Virus record (IMG/VR): IMGVR_UViG_3300026118_000019
Location: 4,261-68,260 of that record
DNA length: 64,000 nucleotides
Direction: 5' to 3' (one strand)
Origin: a virus
Positions 56,637 through 64,000 of this stretch are shown one piece after another. The first letter of the stretch is position 1, and every line of letters starts with the position of its first letter. The notes under the pieces are model-generated. The model searched no databases. It was not told where the DNA came from and saw only the letters and a list, made by a program, of their open reading frames with translations. A program made the translations under genes and the position numbers.

Positions 56637-58450
56637 TACAGCTCCTTCGACAGCTGATATTCTGCTGCGCGCAGGATGACGCCGAACAGCAGGTCGCCAA
56701 TGCGGTGCAGCATGCCGGGAATCACCACGGCGTTGGGATTCCATTCGGACTCCAGCACCGCGCCGAGCCCGAAGTAGCCCTTCAGAATTTTTCGGTTCTC
56801 GCCGGAGCCGTGGAAAAATTCTCCGTCGTAGTCGTATTTCGGTCCGCCCTGCGCGTCCAGGTCGATCCCGAAAGATTTGAGCACGTCGGCGGAGTGCTCG
56901 TAGCCAATCAGCGTGTAGAGCTGCGCAATGTCAGCGACCTCGTGCGTCAGATTCCGGCGCGGCACCACCGACGTCGCCGCCAACACGCCTTTCTGATCGT
57001 GGTGTCCCCCGTTGATGACTTTCCACCCGTTGACCCCGCTAATGAGACGGCCACTGTGCAACGCGCGGAAGTAGTCCGCACGCGACGCAGCCAGGTCGCC
57101 CTGGTAGTCGACCAGGTTGGTGGTTGGGTCCCGGAACACGCGGTAGTCCTTCCCGTTGTTGAGCACCGTGGACGCCGGATTGCGCACGGCGTCTTCCGGG
57201 TAGTGCGTGAGCACGCGGTAGTCGGTGTCCACCCCTTGGTCGATGAACTTGTGCATTTGCGCCAGCATTTCCGCCGTCGAGTTGCCGAGCCCGACGAAGA
57301 GCAGTCGCTTCCGGCGCAGCTGCTCCGCCGTCAGAATCTGCTGCCAACGCACGCCCAGCTTGCTGCCGTTCGTGGTCTTCATACGTCGCGGGTCAACGTC
57401 CGCCGGTTTCCCCACGCCCATGCAGTTAATGACGATGGGGTAGGTGGACGGCGTTGCCCCTCCGGTGAACAAGATTTGATGGGCGAACGGTTTCGGCGTG
57501 ACCCCGTTGAGCGCCGCTTTGCTGGGAGTCTGGGCCATGCTGTCGACAAATGTGCGCACCGACGCGCCGTCCCCCGGCGCGGCCTTCAGCGTGGCCACGT
57601 TGAGAAAGGTCAGCTCGCGCGGGTTATTGCGGCTGCCTTTGTAGACGTTCTCTTGCGTCCAGATGCCCTTCGATGTGCCCTGCCGGTCGTAGAGGGTCAG
57701 GTTGTTGAAGCCCAGGACCCGCAAGCCGTAATGCACCATAGCCCCGGCCGGACCGTTGCCGATCACGCAAATCGGGGTCGAATGAATGTTGGGGATTCCC
57801 AACAACGGCGTGCCAGCGCCGACCAGGTTGGTGAGCGGCTTGAGCGTATCGCGTAGCCCGACGCCACTGAAGCGCGTCAGGTCCCCGCGTTGATACGTGG
57901 CTGCGTCAATCGCCAGGTTCTCGTCCGGTGTGCCACGATACGGGCGGCAGGTAGCCGTATGCGTCGTGCCGTTCGACGACGCGAGCAGGTAGCGCAACGC
58001 GTCGGTAATCGGCTCGTCGGAATGCAGCACCCATTGGTGCATGATGTTCCCCAGGTTGTGTGGGCCGAGTGCCCGCACCCCCGGTCGGAACCACTGCTTG
58101 TCGCGCAGCCATTGGTCAATGGTTTCGCGTGCGCTGGGCTGAGCAACGAGCGGTCGTCCCTTCAGTTGGGCCACGGCCGTGGTCGGCGCAGCGGTCGGCG
58201 GCACGAAAATCGATGAGAAGTCAGGGACTACCGTCAGGTCGTCCTTGTGTCGAATGATTGCGGTGTCATCGGCCACATTGACGTCCGAGAAGATGACGGT
58301 GTCACCAACCTTGAAGGCCAGACCTGGGTCACTGACGTAGCCACCTGTGGTGAAATATATACGTGACGGCCGTTCAATTCGGCGCTCGATCACTTCCTCC
58401 GCGCCATTCTTTTGCCGGAGGCCGTGGAGTATTACCCGTTCGGTTGCCAT
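56636..58450 (-). CDS. FAD/NAD(P)-binding oxidoreductase (class B monooxygenase-like)
   Basis: Two dinucleotide-binding motifs CVIGNGPAG (followed by YD...GIW) and FVGLGNSTAE; late LIGY. Confidence 0.7.
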   Translation of the reverse strand: MATERVILHGLRQKNGAEEVIERRIERPSRIYFTTGGYVSDPGLAFKVGDTVIFSDVNVADDTAIIRHKDDLTVVPDFSSIFVPPTAAPTTAVAQLKGRPLVAQPSARETIDQWLRDKQWFRPGVRALGPHNLGNIMHQWVLHSDEPITDALRYLLASSNGTTHTATCRPYRGTPDENLAIDAATYQRGDLTRFSGVGLRDTLKPLTNLVGAGTPLLGIPNIHSTPICVIGNGPAGAMVHYGLRVLGFNNLTLYDRQGTSKGIWTQENVYKGSRNNPRELTFLNVATLKAAPGDGASVRTFVDSMAQTPSKAALNGVTPKPFAHQILFTGGATPSTYPIVINCMGVGKPADVDPRRMKTTNGSKLGVRWQQILTAEQLRRKRLLFVGLGNSTAEMLAQMHKFIDQGVDTDYRVLTHYPEDAVRNPASTVLNNGKDYRVFRDPTTNLVDYQGDLAASRADYFRALHSGRLISGVNGWKVINGGHHDQKGVLAATSVVPRRNLTHEVADIAQLYTLIGYEHSADVLKSFGIDLDAQGGPKYDYDGEFFHGSGENRKILKGYFGLGAVLESEWNPNAVVIPGMLHRIGDLLFGVILRAAEYQLSKEL

Positions 58451-58905
58451 TGAAACTCGCTCCTTTCAGTGTGCCGTGTGTGGTGCTCAATCCAGAGCGC
58501 CCACAGCATGGGCACGGTGACGACGGTGTTGTAGAACAAGTGCAGTTCGATTCGCGGCCACCACAGTTGAATGATGCTCACCGGCACGGCGACGCCGAGC
58601 TGCGCTTGGACGAGCAGCAGCGAGTGTTCGAACAGGTGCCAGGTCTGCAACCAGCAGGCGAGCCGCCACCAGCCACTCGCGCGGCCGGTGATACCGTCCT
58701 GGTCGATCAGCGCCCACATGCCGAGATACATGGCGACGGCGAAGCCGTAGTGCAACCACTCCGAGTGCATGAGCCACGGAATCAGGAGCCCCACAAAGCC
58801 CATGGCGTGTGGGCGAGGCCAGCCCAGGACCCACACTTGATAGGCTTGCGTGAGGTGCTCCACCCAGTGGAAGACGACGATGGTCATGCACACGCGTCGA
58901 GTCAT
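58432..58905 (-). CDS. His-rich multi-pass membrane protein (DUF6008-like)
   Basis: HWVEH..Q..Q, EWLHY, WH.FEH, RIELH.FYN in TM helices. Confidence 0.65.
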   Translation of the reverse strand: MTRRVCMTIVVFHWVEHLTQAYQVWVLGWPRPHAMGFVGLLIPWLMHSEWLHYGFAVAMYLGMWALIDQDGITGRASGWWRLACWLQTWHLFEHSLLLVQAQLGVAVPVSIIQLWWPRIELHLFYNTVVTVPMLWALWIEHHTRHTERSEFQWQPNG

Positions 58906-58907
58906 GG

Positions 58908-59093
58908 TCAGTCGCTGTCCTTTCGCAGCGGGATATCCTTGAAATGCTCTGGGCGGTAGCCCCAGTGCCGGATCATGCGGTCCCGTTCCTTCTGGTCGTC
59001 GCACTTGCACGTGCCGTCAGGCCGGTAGTGCGTTGCCGCGAAGATGGTGAACGGGCAGTTTTTTATGTTGCTAAACAGCGCCAGACGCGGCAT
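58908..59093 (-). CDS. Small Cys/His protein
   Basis: AAGGAG RBS; CP...HYRPDGTCKCDD. Confidence 0.55.
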   Translation of the reverse strand: MPRLALFSNIKNCPFTIFAATHYRPDGTCKCDDQKERDRMIRHWGYRPEHFKDIPLRKDSD

Positions 59094-59107
59094 TTTTTCG
59101 CTCCTTT

Positions 59108-59314
59108 CTACTTGTGTCGAACACTCACGGTGTTGGTGTCGTCGGCGATACCGGGCGTGCCGTATTTGCCGCCCATGTTCAGGACCCAGCCTCCGGCGCT
59201 GCATGGCATCACGGCCCGGCCGGAATGCTGCTTCCCGAAGCGGTCCACAATCGTGACGCGGTCGCCCGCGCGCACGGTGTCGATCAATGTTTTGGCTGGG
59301 AACGGCTTCATCAT
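59108..59314 (-). CDS. Small SH3-like hypothetical protein
   Basis: GDRVTIVDRFG...GRAVM...WVLNMGG..GTPG. Confidence 0.55.
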   Translation of the reverse strand: MMKPFPAKTLIDTVRAGDRVTIVDRFGKQHSGRAVMPCSAGGWVLNMGGKYGTPGIADDTNTVSVRHK

Positions 59315-59523
59315 TAGCGGCCCCCTTCCTGGTAATACGCGTTCTGCTCGTCGCGCGTCAGTTCGTAGATAAACTCGCACTCGTTGCACGCGGCCACCAC
59401 GGTGTCGACCATTTTGGTCGGCAGCGGCAGGTCCGCGTTGTGATAGCCAGGGTGATACGGCCGTTCGGTCAGTGCCGACGTGACGGTCATCGTCCCTTGG
59501 CATTCCGGGCAAGTCAGGTTCAT
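59314..59523 (-). CDS. Zn-ribbon protein
   Basis: CPEC...CNEC; GGAGG RBS. Confidence 0.6.
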   Translation of the reverse strand: MNLTCPECQGTMTVTSALTERPYHPGYHNADLPLPTKMVDTVVAACNECEFIYELTRDEQNAYYQEGGR

Positions 59524-59582
59524 TTGGTGCCTCCCGTGTTGCGCTTGCGCGCTGTTCGAGTCTGTGTCTGAAGTGCGAAGAC

Positions 59583-59611
59583 AGTGTAGCCGAAACTATT
59601 AGTTATTGCAA
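59583..59611 (-). promoter_or_regulatory. Sigma70-like promoter with palindrome in spacer
   Basis: TTGCAA-17-TACACT; spacer contains AACTAATAGTT. Confidence 0.65.
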
Positions 59612-59632
59612 CCGCTAGTTTCGGCTCACCGC

Positions 59633-59926
59633 TTATTTCATCAAGTCCTTGAGCGCCGTGGGCTTGAAGTGCATGTCGCGTTCAACGCCCAGGCCGAAGC
59701 GACCCTTGAGCGCTTGCAGTTCCCCCAGGCTGAAGTAGCCCAGTTCCTTCTCGTGGCCGTCGACCAGGCCGAAGAAGGTGTCGACCCCGTCAAACTCGGT
59801 CGCATACCAGGTCCAGCTGCCGGTCGGGTCGAAAAACTTCACGACGGCGACCGCGTCCATGCCCTTCCCGTCCTGGCTGTAGAGCGCAGGCAGGGCCTTG
59901 CGGTTTTCTTTGGTCAAGAGCATCAT
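59633..59926 (-). CDS. DUF2958-like protein
   Basis: VKFF.P..SWTWYATE.D...FFGLV...ELGYFSL.EL...VERD.HF. Confidence 0.8.
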   Translation of the reverse strand: MMLLTKENRKALPALYSQDGKGMDAVAVVKFFDPTGSWTWYATEFDGVDTFFGLVDGHEKELGYFSLGELQALKGRFGLGVERDMHFKPTALKDLMK

Positions 59927-60054
59927 GTGTGTGCCTCCAGGTTGCGCTCGCGCGCGGTTTGGGTTTCGAAGGTGGTCCGTTTACGTGGCCACCCGCGCCC
60001 ACGACCTTGGTCACTGGCGGCTTCCAACCGCTGTGCCTCGGTAACGACAGGGAC

Positions 60055-60083
60055 ATTGTCTCATAATTAATAATTCACGTCAA
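60055..60083 (-). promoter_or_regulatory. Sigma70-like promoter with palindrome in spacer
   Basis: TTGACG-17-GACAAT; spacer contains AATTATTAATT. Confidence 0.65.
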
Positions 60084-60097
60084 TCAGAAAATAGGGC

Positions 60098-60125
60098 TTG
60101 AAATCCTCGGAAAAAGGCGTATAGT
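60098..60125 (+). promoter_or_regulatory. Divergent sigma70-like promoter
   Basis: TTGAAA-16-TATAGT. Confidence 0.55.
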
Positions 60126-60177
60126 GGGGGCAGTTCGACGACAACCCAACGGCCTGGAAGGGCCACAGGAGGCGAGC

Positions 60178-60402
60178 ATGTATATCCTTTACGACGGCTC
60201 ACAAGACGGCACGAAGGCGCTGCGCGAGAAGGCCGAACAGGACGACCTGCGTTATCAGCAGGACGAACGCTCGACCGGTCGCTGCCGCTACTGCGGCAAT
60301 CCTCGCCCACCGGGTTACTCGGTCACCTGCGCGGGCTCGCACTGCCAGGAGGCGGCTTACAACGACCGCGAGATTCGCACACCGCGACGACGGAGGCGTT
60401 GA
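60178..60402 (+). CDS. Small Zn-finger protein
   Basis: AGGAGG RBS; CRYC...C...C. Confidence 0.55.
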   Translation: MYILYDGSQDGTKALREKAEQDDLRYQQDERSTGRCRYCGNPRPPGYSVTCAGSHCQEAAYNDREIRTPRRRRR

Positions 60403-60427
60403 CAACTAATAATTCGAGGTGTATAGT
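60399..60427 (+). promoter_or_regulatory. Near-consensus sigma70 promoter with palindrome
   Basis: TTGACA-17-TATAGT; AACTAATAATT at 60404. Confidence 0.75.
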
Positions 60428-60540
60428 GGTGGCAGGTGGACGGCGTTCGGAGGGCAGACCTCCTGGACGGTTGACCAGGGCGGACCCCGACACGAGCCAC
60501 CAAACCTTAACCGGTCGAAAGACCAACAGAGGAGGCAGCA

Positions 60541-61143
60541 ATGAACAAACCCAGGCGACAGAAGGACGTGACGCAGCTCGGGCTCTACGTGACGGAGCAG
60601 CGGGACGGGGACTACTACCACGTCCGGGCGAGCGTGGTCACGATTGGCTACGACGCTTACGAGCGGCGGCAGGTGGACCAGGGTGAGACCTTCAGCGGCG
60701 TGCGCTACGACTCCGTGCGGAACACGCGCGGTGTCGTCAACGGTCTCTGGCTCAAAGACCTGGTGGTGACCAGCCAGGGCGAGCGCAAGGGGAATCCTCG
60801 ACACCTTTACGGGTGGGAGGTGCGGTATCAGAACGTCTTCTCGGTCGATGCGCGCGAGGCCCAGCTGATGGCCCACACGCTGAAGACCATTGAGCGCCGC
60901 ATGGCGAAACTCGACGAGAAATACGGGCGCGCGGCGACGTTCGGGGCCTACCTCGCGCGAGTGGCCCAGGCAATCGGGGCCGAGAAGTTCGTGCACCAAC
61001 AGGGCGCGTCGGGCGGCTGGAGCTACTCGGACAGCGAACAGCGGAAGTTGTCGGTGGCCGACGGGATCAACTACGTCGACTGGCAGGTTCAGAAGTGGGT
61101 CGAGGAAACCACGCCGAAGGAAACGGCGGTGGTCCATGGCTAA
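60541..61143 (+). CDS. Hypothetical early protein
   Basis: GAGGAGG RBS; 200 aa. Confidence 0.7.
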   Translation: MNKPRRQKDVTQLGLYVTEQRDGDYYHVRASVVTIGYDAYERRQVDQGETFSGVRYDSVRNTRGVVNGLWLKDLVVTSQGERKGNPRHLYGWEVRYQNVFSVDAREAQLMAHTLKTIERRMAKLDEKYGRAATFGAYLARVAQAIGAEKFVHQQGASGGWSYSDSEQRKLSVADGINYVDWQVQKWVEETTPKETAVVHG

Positions 61144-61354
61144 CAGGCCACTCGGGAAAAATCAGGCGGCGGTGCTCAAGGTGTTGCGTGAGCGAGGGGG
61201 CTGGACCCAAAAGGGCTATGGCTCCGGGTGGTATTGGAATACCTACAGCGGCACCGCGCGCATTCTCGACAGCTTGGTGCAGCGGGGCCTCGTGGTGGTG
61301 GTCGACGGCCACTACACGGCCGTGGCTGAAGGGGAGGTGACCAATGGCACGTAA
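61136..61354 (+). CDS. Small winged-helix-like protein
   Basis: LGKNQ..VL..L...GW.W...S.T.RILDSLV.RGLV. Confidence 0.55.
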   Translation: MANRPLGKNQAAVLKVLRERGGWTQKGYGSGWYWNTYSGTARILDSLVQRGLVVVVDGHYTAVAEGEVTNGT

Positions 61355-61529
61355 GTCTGTGCAGCAAATGACGGACGCGGAGATTAACCGAGAAGTAACC
61401 GCACTCCGAAACGCGGAGCGCGCTGCTCGTAAATCTCGGAAGCCGTTCCCGTCTGAAAAGATGTTGCGGATCACGACTCTCGCGTTGGAGCAAGGCACGC
61501 GATGGGCACAAGCGCAAGGGTGGGAATAG
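61344..61529 (+). CDS. Hypothetical protein
   Basis: GGAGGT RBS. Confidence 0.5.
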   Translation: MARKSVQQMTDAEINREVTALRNAERAARKSRKPFPSEKMLRITTLALEQGTRWAQAQGWE

Positions 61530-61538
61530 GAGGGCTCG

Positions 61539-61796
61539 ATGAGGGTTGACGCTGACGACTTGGTCGACATGCTGCGGCACCAAATGGTCTACCGCGAGAC
61601 GCCCCTGGTCAAAGAGCTGATGGAGCACCTGGGCCAGGACGTCACGATGAAGGGCCAAGAGTGGATGTTTGTCGGCGTCGAAGGGGGCCGGGCCGTCTTC
61701 GAGAACGAAGACGAGCGGCTGGTGCACACGTCCTACAAGCGGGCACTCGCATTACTCGAAAAAAAGGAGGTGGAGGATGGCGACGAAGACTCTTGA
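61539..61796 (+). CDS. Hypothetical protein
   Basis: AGGAGG RBS. Confidence 0.55.
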   Translation: MRVDADDLVDMLRHQMVYRETPLVKELMEHLGQDVTMKGQEWMFVGVEGGRAVFENEDERLVHTSYKRALALLEKKEVEDGDEDS

Positions 61797-62145
61797 ATGG
61801 GACGCTGAAGCCGACACGGGCGGCACGTCCCTGCGCGGCTACTTGGACAACACGACGTGGAAGTTTGAGGAGCTGGTGGCCCGGCTCCTGACGGCCAGCG
61901 GCCAATCGATGGTCGTGAACGGCGACGACAAGGCGTCGTTCGATTTCGTGGGCCGGTTCGGCAACCAGCCGTTCACGCTCTACGACTACAAGGCCGACAT
62001 GACGGTGCATATCGGTGGTGGGCCGAAGCTGGACGTCGAGGGGCTGAAGCTGGCGCTGCGGTCGGCGCTCCTGGTGGTGGAGCCGAAGCCGTTCACGCAC
62101 GCGACGAGCTACGATGGGCACACCGACTACGGGTGGGGCGTATGA
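61777..62145 (+). CDS. Hypothetical protein
   Basis: GGAGG RBS; GTSLRGY...DK...FTLYDYK...HIGG. Confidence 0.6.
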   Translation: MATKTLEWDAEADTGGTSLRGYLDNTTWKFEELVARLLTASGQSMVVNGDDKASFDFVGRFGNQPFTLYDYKADMTVHIGGGPKLDVEGLKLALRSALLVVEPKPFTHATSYDGHTDYGWGV

Positions 62146-62411
62146 GCATGGGGAAGGCGTGCCGCGACCGGGCGCACCACGATCAGTGGGTCGTGGTGCA
62201 GCGGCACTCGAATCACTCGGCGTTCAACGGCAACCGGTGGACGTGGTCGCCCTACAGCGAAGTCAAATGTCTGACGTGCGGCCAGGTTTGGCGCACCAAT
62301 GCGCTTTATGTGGATGCGTTGCGGAATGCGACGGTAGAGGAGGTGTTGCGTGGACCAGGAGTTGGAGGAAGTGTGGGAGAAAATCGCGGAGGAGACCCTC
62401 AGCAAGGCTGA
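62142..62411 (+). CDS. Zn-binding hypothetical protein
   Basis: NHSAFNG...S.YS..KC..CG..WRT.A.YV. Confidence 0.55.
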   Translation: MSMGKACRDRAHHDQWVVVQRHSNHSAFNGNRWTWSPYSEVKCLTCGQVWRTNALYVDALRNATVEEVLRGPGVGGSVGENRGGDPQQG

Positions 62412-62523
62412 AGTCGTGGACTGTTCACTGGCGGACTTCGCCGAGGGGCTCAAGGATATCGAGTTGGCCGTTCGGCACCGCCGAGAAATGGCGGAGGATG
62501 AACTGGAAAAGAGTGGGGGGTGA
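62350..62523 (+). CDS. Small acidic protein
   Basis: GAGGAGG RBS before GTG; overlaps upstream ORF end. Confidence 0.45.
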   Translation: MDQELEEVWEKIAEETLSKAEVVDCSLADFAEGLKDIELAVRHRREMAEDELEKSGG

Positions 62524-62529
62524 CGCACC

Positions 62530-62871
62530 ATGTTTCGGATTGAACGGGTATTCCATAACAAGAACGACACGGTGCAGTTCGCGGTGCTGGTGAATGGCGA
62601 ATCGCAGCAGGTCGTGGTGACGAAGTGGACGCCGGAGGTGCATCCCGAGACCGACGTGTTCGACGACAAGATTGAGCGCGTGTTGACGTTGACGTATGCG
62701 GACCATACCGAGCGCGAAGCCACGACGGCGAACGCGGCCTCGGTTGCGCGTCGCCTGGCCCAGGACCCGACGCTGGACCCCGACGCGCTGTTGCAGGAAA
62801 CGGTGGTCGACCCGGTGCGCGCGAAGGCGGAAGCCAAGCAGGACCAGGCGATCAAACGGTGGTCGCGCTGA
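62530..62871 (+). CDS. Hypothetical protein
   Basis: 113-aa ORF in operon. Confidence 0.55.
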   Translation: MFRIERVFHNKNDTVQFAVLVNGESQQVVVTKWTPEVHPETDVFDDKIERVLTLTYADHTEREATTANAASVARRLAQDPTLDPDALLQETVVDPVRAKAEAKQDQAIKRWSR

Positions 62872-62881
62872 AAATGAGAAG

Positions 62882-62910
62882 TTGACTTATTATTAATTCC
62901 ATGATACCAT
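62882..62910 (+). promoter_or_regulatory. Sigma70-like promoter with palindrome in spacer
   Basis: TTGACT-17-TACCAT with TGn extension; TATTATTAATT in spacer. Confidence 0.65.
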
Positions 62911-62960
62911 CTATGTGTCTCTGGAAGTTCAACCGCCCGCGAGGGCCACAGGAGATGCAC

Positions 62961-63239
62961 ATGAAGATGAAGAAAGCGAGACGCGGCACGAGCAAGGTGG
63001 AGGTGACGGGCAAGGGAGTCGACGACTTCGCCGAACTGGGCGCACTGAAGCGCGAAGCGGAAGCGGCGAGCCAGGCGCGCGGCCACCGGATCACGACCTG
63101 GCACCAGCGCGGGTCGCACGACCCCTACGGACGGGAAGCGTTCTGCGACAAGTGCCACGCGGCGGTGGTGGTGAGCACCGAGCCGGACATGGGGCGCGGT
63201 CGGATTTACGGCTGGACCCTGAAGCGCGATTGCAACTGA
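62961..63239 (+). CDS. Hypothetical protein (His/Cys)
   Basis: AGGAG RBS; RGH...C.KC...C. Confidence 0.55.
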   Translation: MKMKKARRGTSKVEVTGKGVDDFAELGALKREAEAASQARGHRITTWHQRGSHDPYGREAFCDKCHAAVVVSTEPDMGRGRIYGWTLKRDCN

Positions 63240-63275
63240 CAGCTAACAGCCCGCGAGGGCAACACGGAGGAATCC

Positions 63276-63557
63276 ATGGCATTCAACAAGGCCCCGTTCT
63301 CAACAATCGTCACGAAGTATCCCGGCACCTGCAAGCGCTGCGGCGGCAAAGTGCCGGTGGGCACGAAGGTGCGGTTCGGGAAGGGGAAGGTCTACCACTT
63401 CGCCGACGAGTGCGGCCCGGTGGCGCGCGTCGCCCAGCACGACCCGGCGGTGGCCCTGGCCACCCTGGCGGAGCGCGAGCACCACGACCACGGGCGCAGC
63501 CTGCTCGACATTGCGTCGGAGCTGGAGCGCTACGCGGCCGAGACAGGAGGCTACTAG
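63276..63557 (+). CDS. Small Zn-binding protein
   Basis: GGAGG RBS; KYPGTCKRCG...YH...C. Confidence 0.6.
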   Translation: MAFNKAPFSTIVTKYPGTCKRCGGKVPVGTKVRFGKGKVYHFADECGPVARVAQHDPAVALATLAEREHHDHGRSLLDIASELERYAAETGGY

Positions 63558-63729
63558 GGTTTGAGCCAGCAGGTGACACATGCAACAAGTGACGGTTGGG
63601 AGACTCCTGGTGCTGGCTCATGAGTCGTAGTCCGGGAGTCTCCGATCTCAAGTCGAGGCGCTGTCATGTGGTCACTCACGATGGGCATGGAGATGACAGC
63701 AGGTCGGGTGAGGGTGGGGTTGTCCGACC

Positions 63730-63936
63730 ATGAGTTGTATCACGGTTGAATTGTTATGTGACTGGTGCGGCCGAGAATGGGTCGGCACCTATCACTGCTG
63801 TGAGCCGCAAGGCCACGGCCGATTGTGTGCCGGGTGCCAGGCGGCGCTCGACGCGAAGAGCAGCCCGGTCGACGGGCCGGGAAAGGGAGACCGAGCCGGA
63901 GGGGGAGGGCGTGAGCCCGTTGAACCTAGCCGGTGA
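63730..63936 (+). CDS. Possible Zn-finger protein
   Basis: CDWC...LCAGC. Confidence 0.3.
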   Translation: MSCITVELLCDWCGREWVGTYHCCEPQGHGRLCAGCQAALDAKSSPVDGPGKGDRAGGGGREPVEPSR

Positions 63937-64000
63937 TGGTTGGTGGCCAAACTCCTGACGCGGGCAAGCCGACGCCCGCCCAAGAAAGGTAAGAATCATG

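Noticed and set aside
1-64000. Integrase, att sites, replication genes, alternative genetic code
   Set aside because: None seen; genes read through normally with code 11, and lifestyle cannot be determined from this window

Overview
The window is a continuous 64-kb stretch of a GC-rich tailed (siphovirus-like) phage or prophage. No integrase, replication genes, host flank, rRNA, tRNA or CRISPR were seen. From 1 to 54.7 kb is a mostly + strand packaging/structural region: ParB-like gene, TerS, TerL, an ~18-kb accessory block, a 1975-aa portal-MuF polyprotein, three further multidomain genes, Mu-I-type protease, scaffold, capsid, neck, tail, tape measure and lysis genes. The accessory block holds cold-shock proteins, three paralogous Rossmann/glycosyltransferase-like proteins, Ig/LamG/Gly-rich proteins and a methyltransferase. 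From 54.7 to 64 kb are divergent operons of small early-type genes under sigma70-like promoters. Main candidate system: from 26.3 to 33.8 kb an 18-aa motif, [FML][AG]D[WF][DN]x2LHPRx3G[KL]F (7 copies plus 1 degenerate), precedes each of eight enzyme-like domains (two JAB-like, HDxxGH, CxxC-less TrxB-like, SAM-lyase-like, ADP-ribosyltransferase-like, zincin, ParB-like). Three of these sit inside the portal-MuF protein, and a 48-aa ORF is overprinted in one linker. This suggests a tagged, possibly protease-released set of capsid-loaded effectors. Also seen: a covarying GNRA-hairpin leader before six early genes, an 11-bp palindrome at five promoters, CYGAC repeats after many late-gene stops, and a candidate ~95-nt antisense RNA. 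All functional calls come from reading motifs by eye; no database searches were run.
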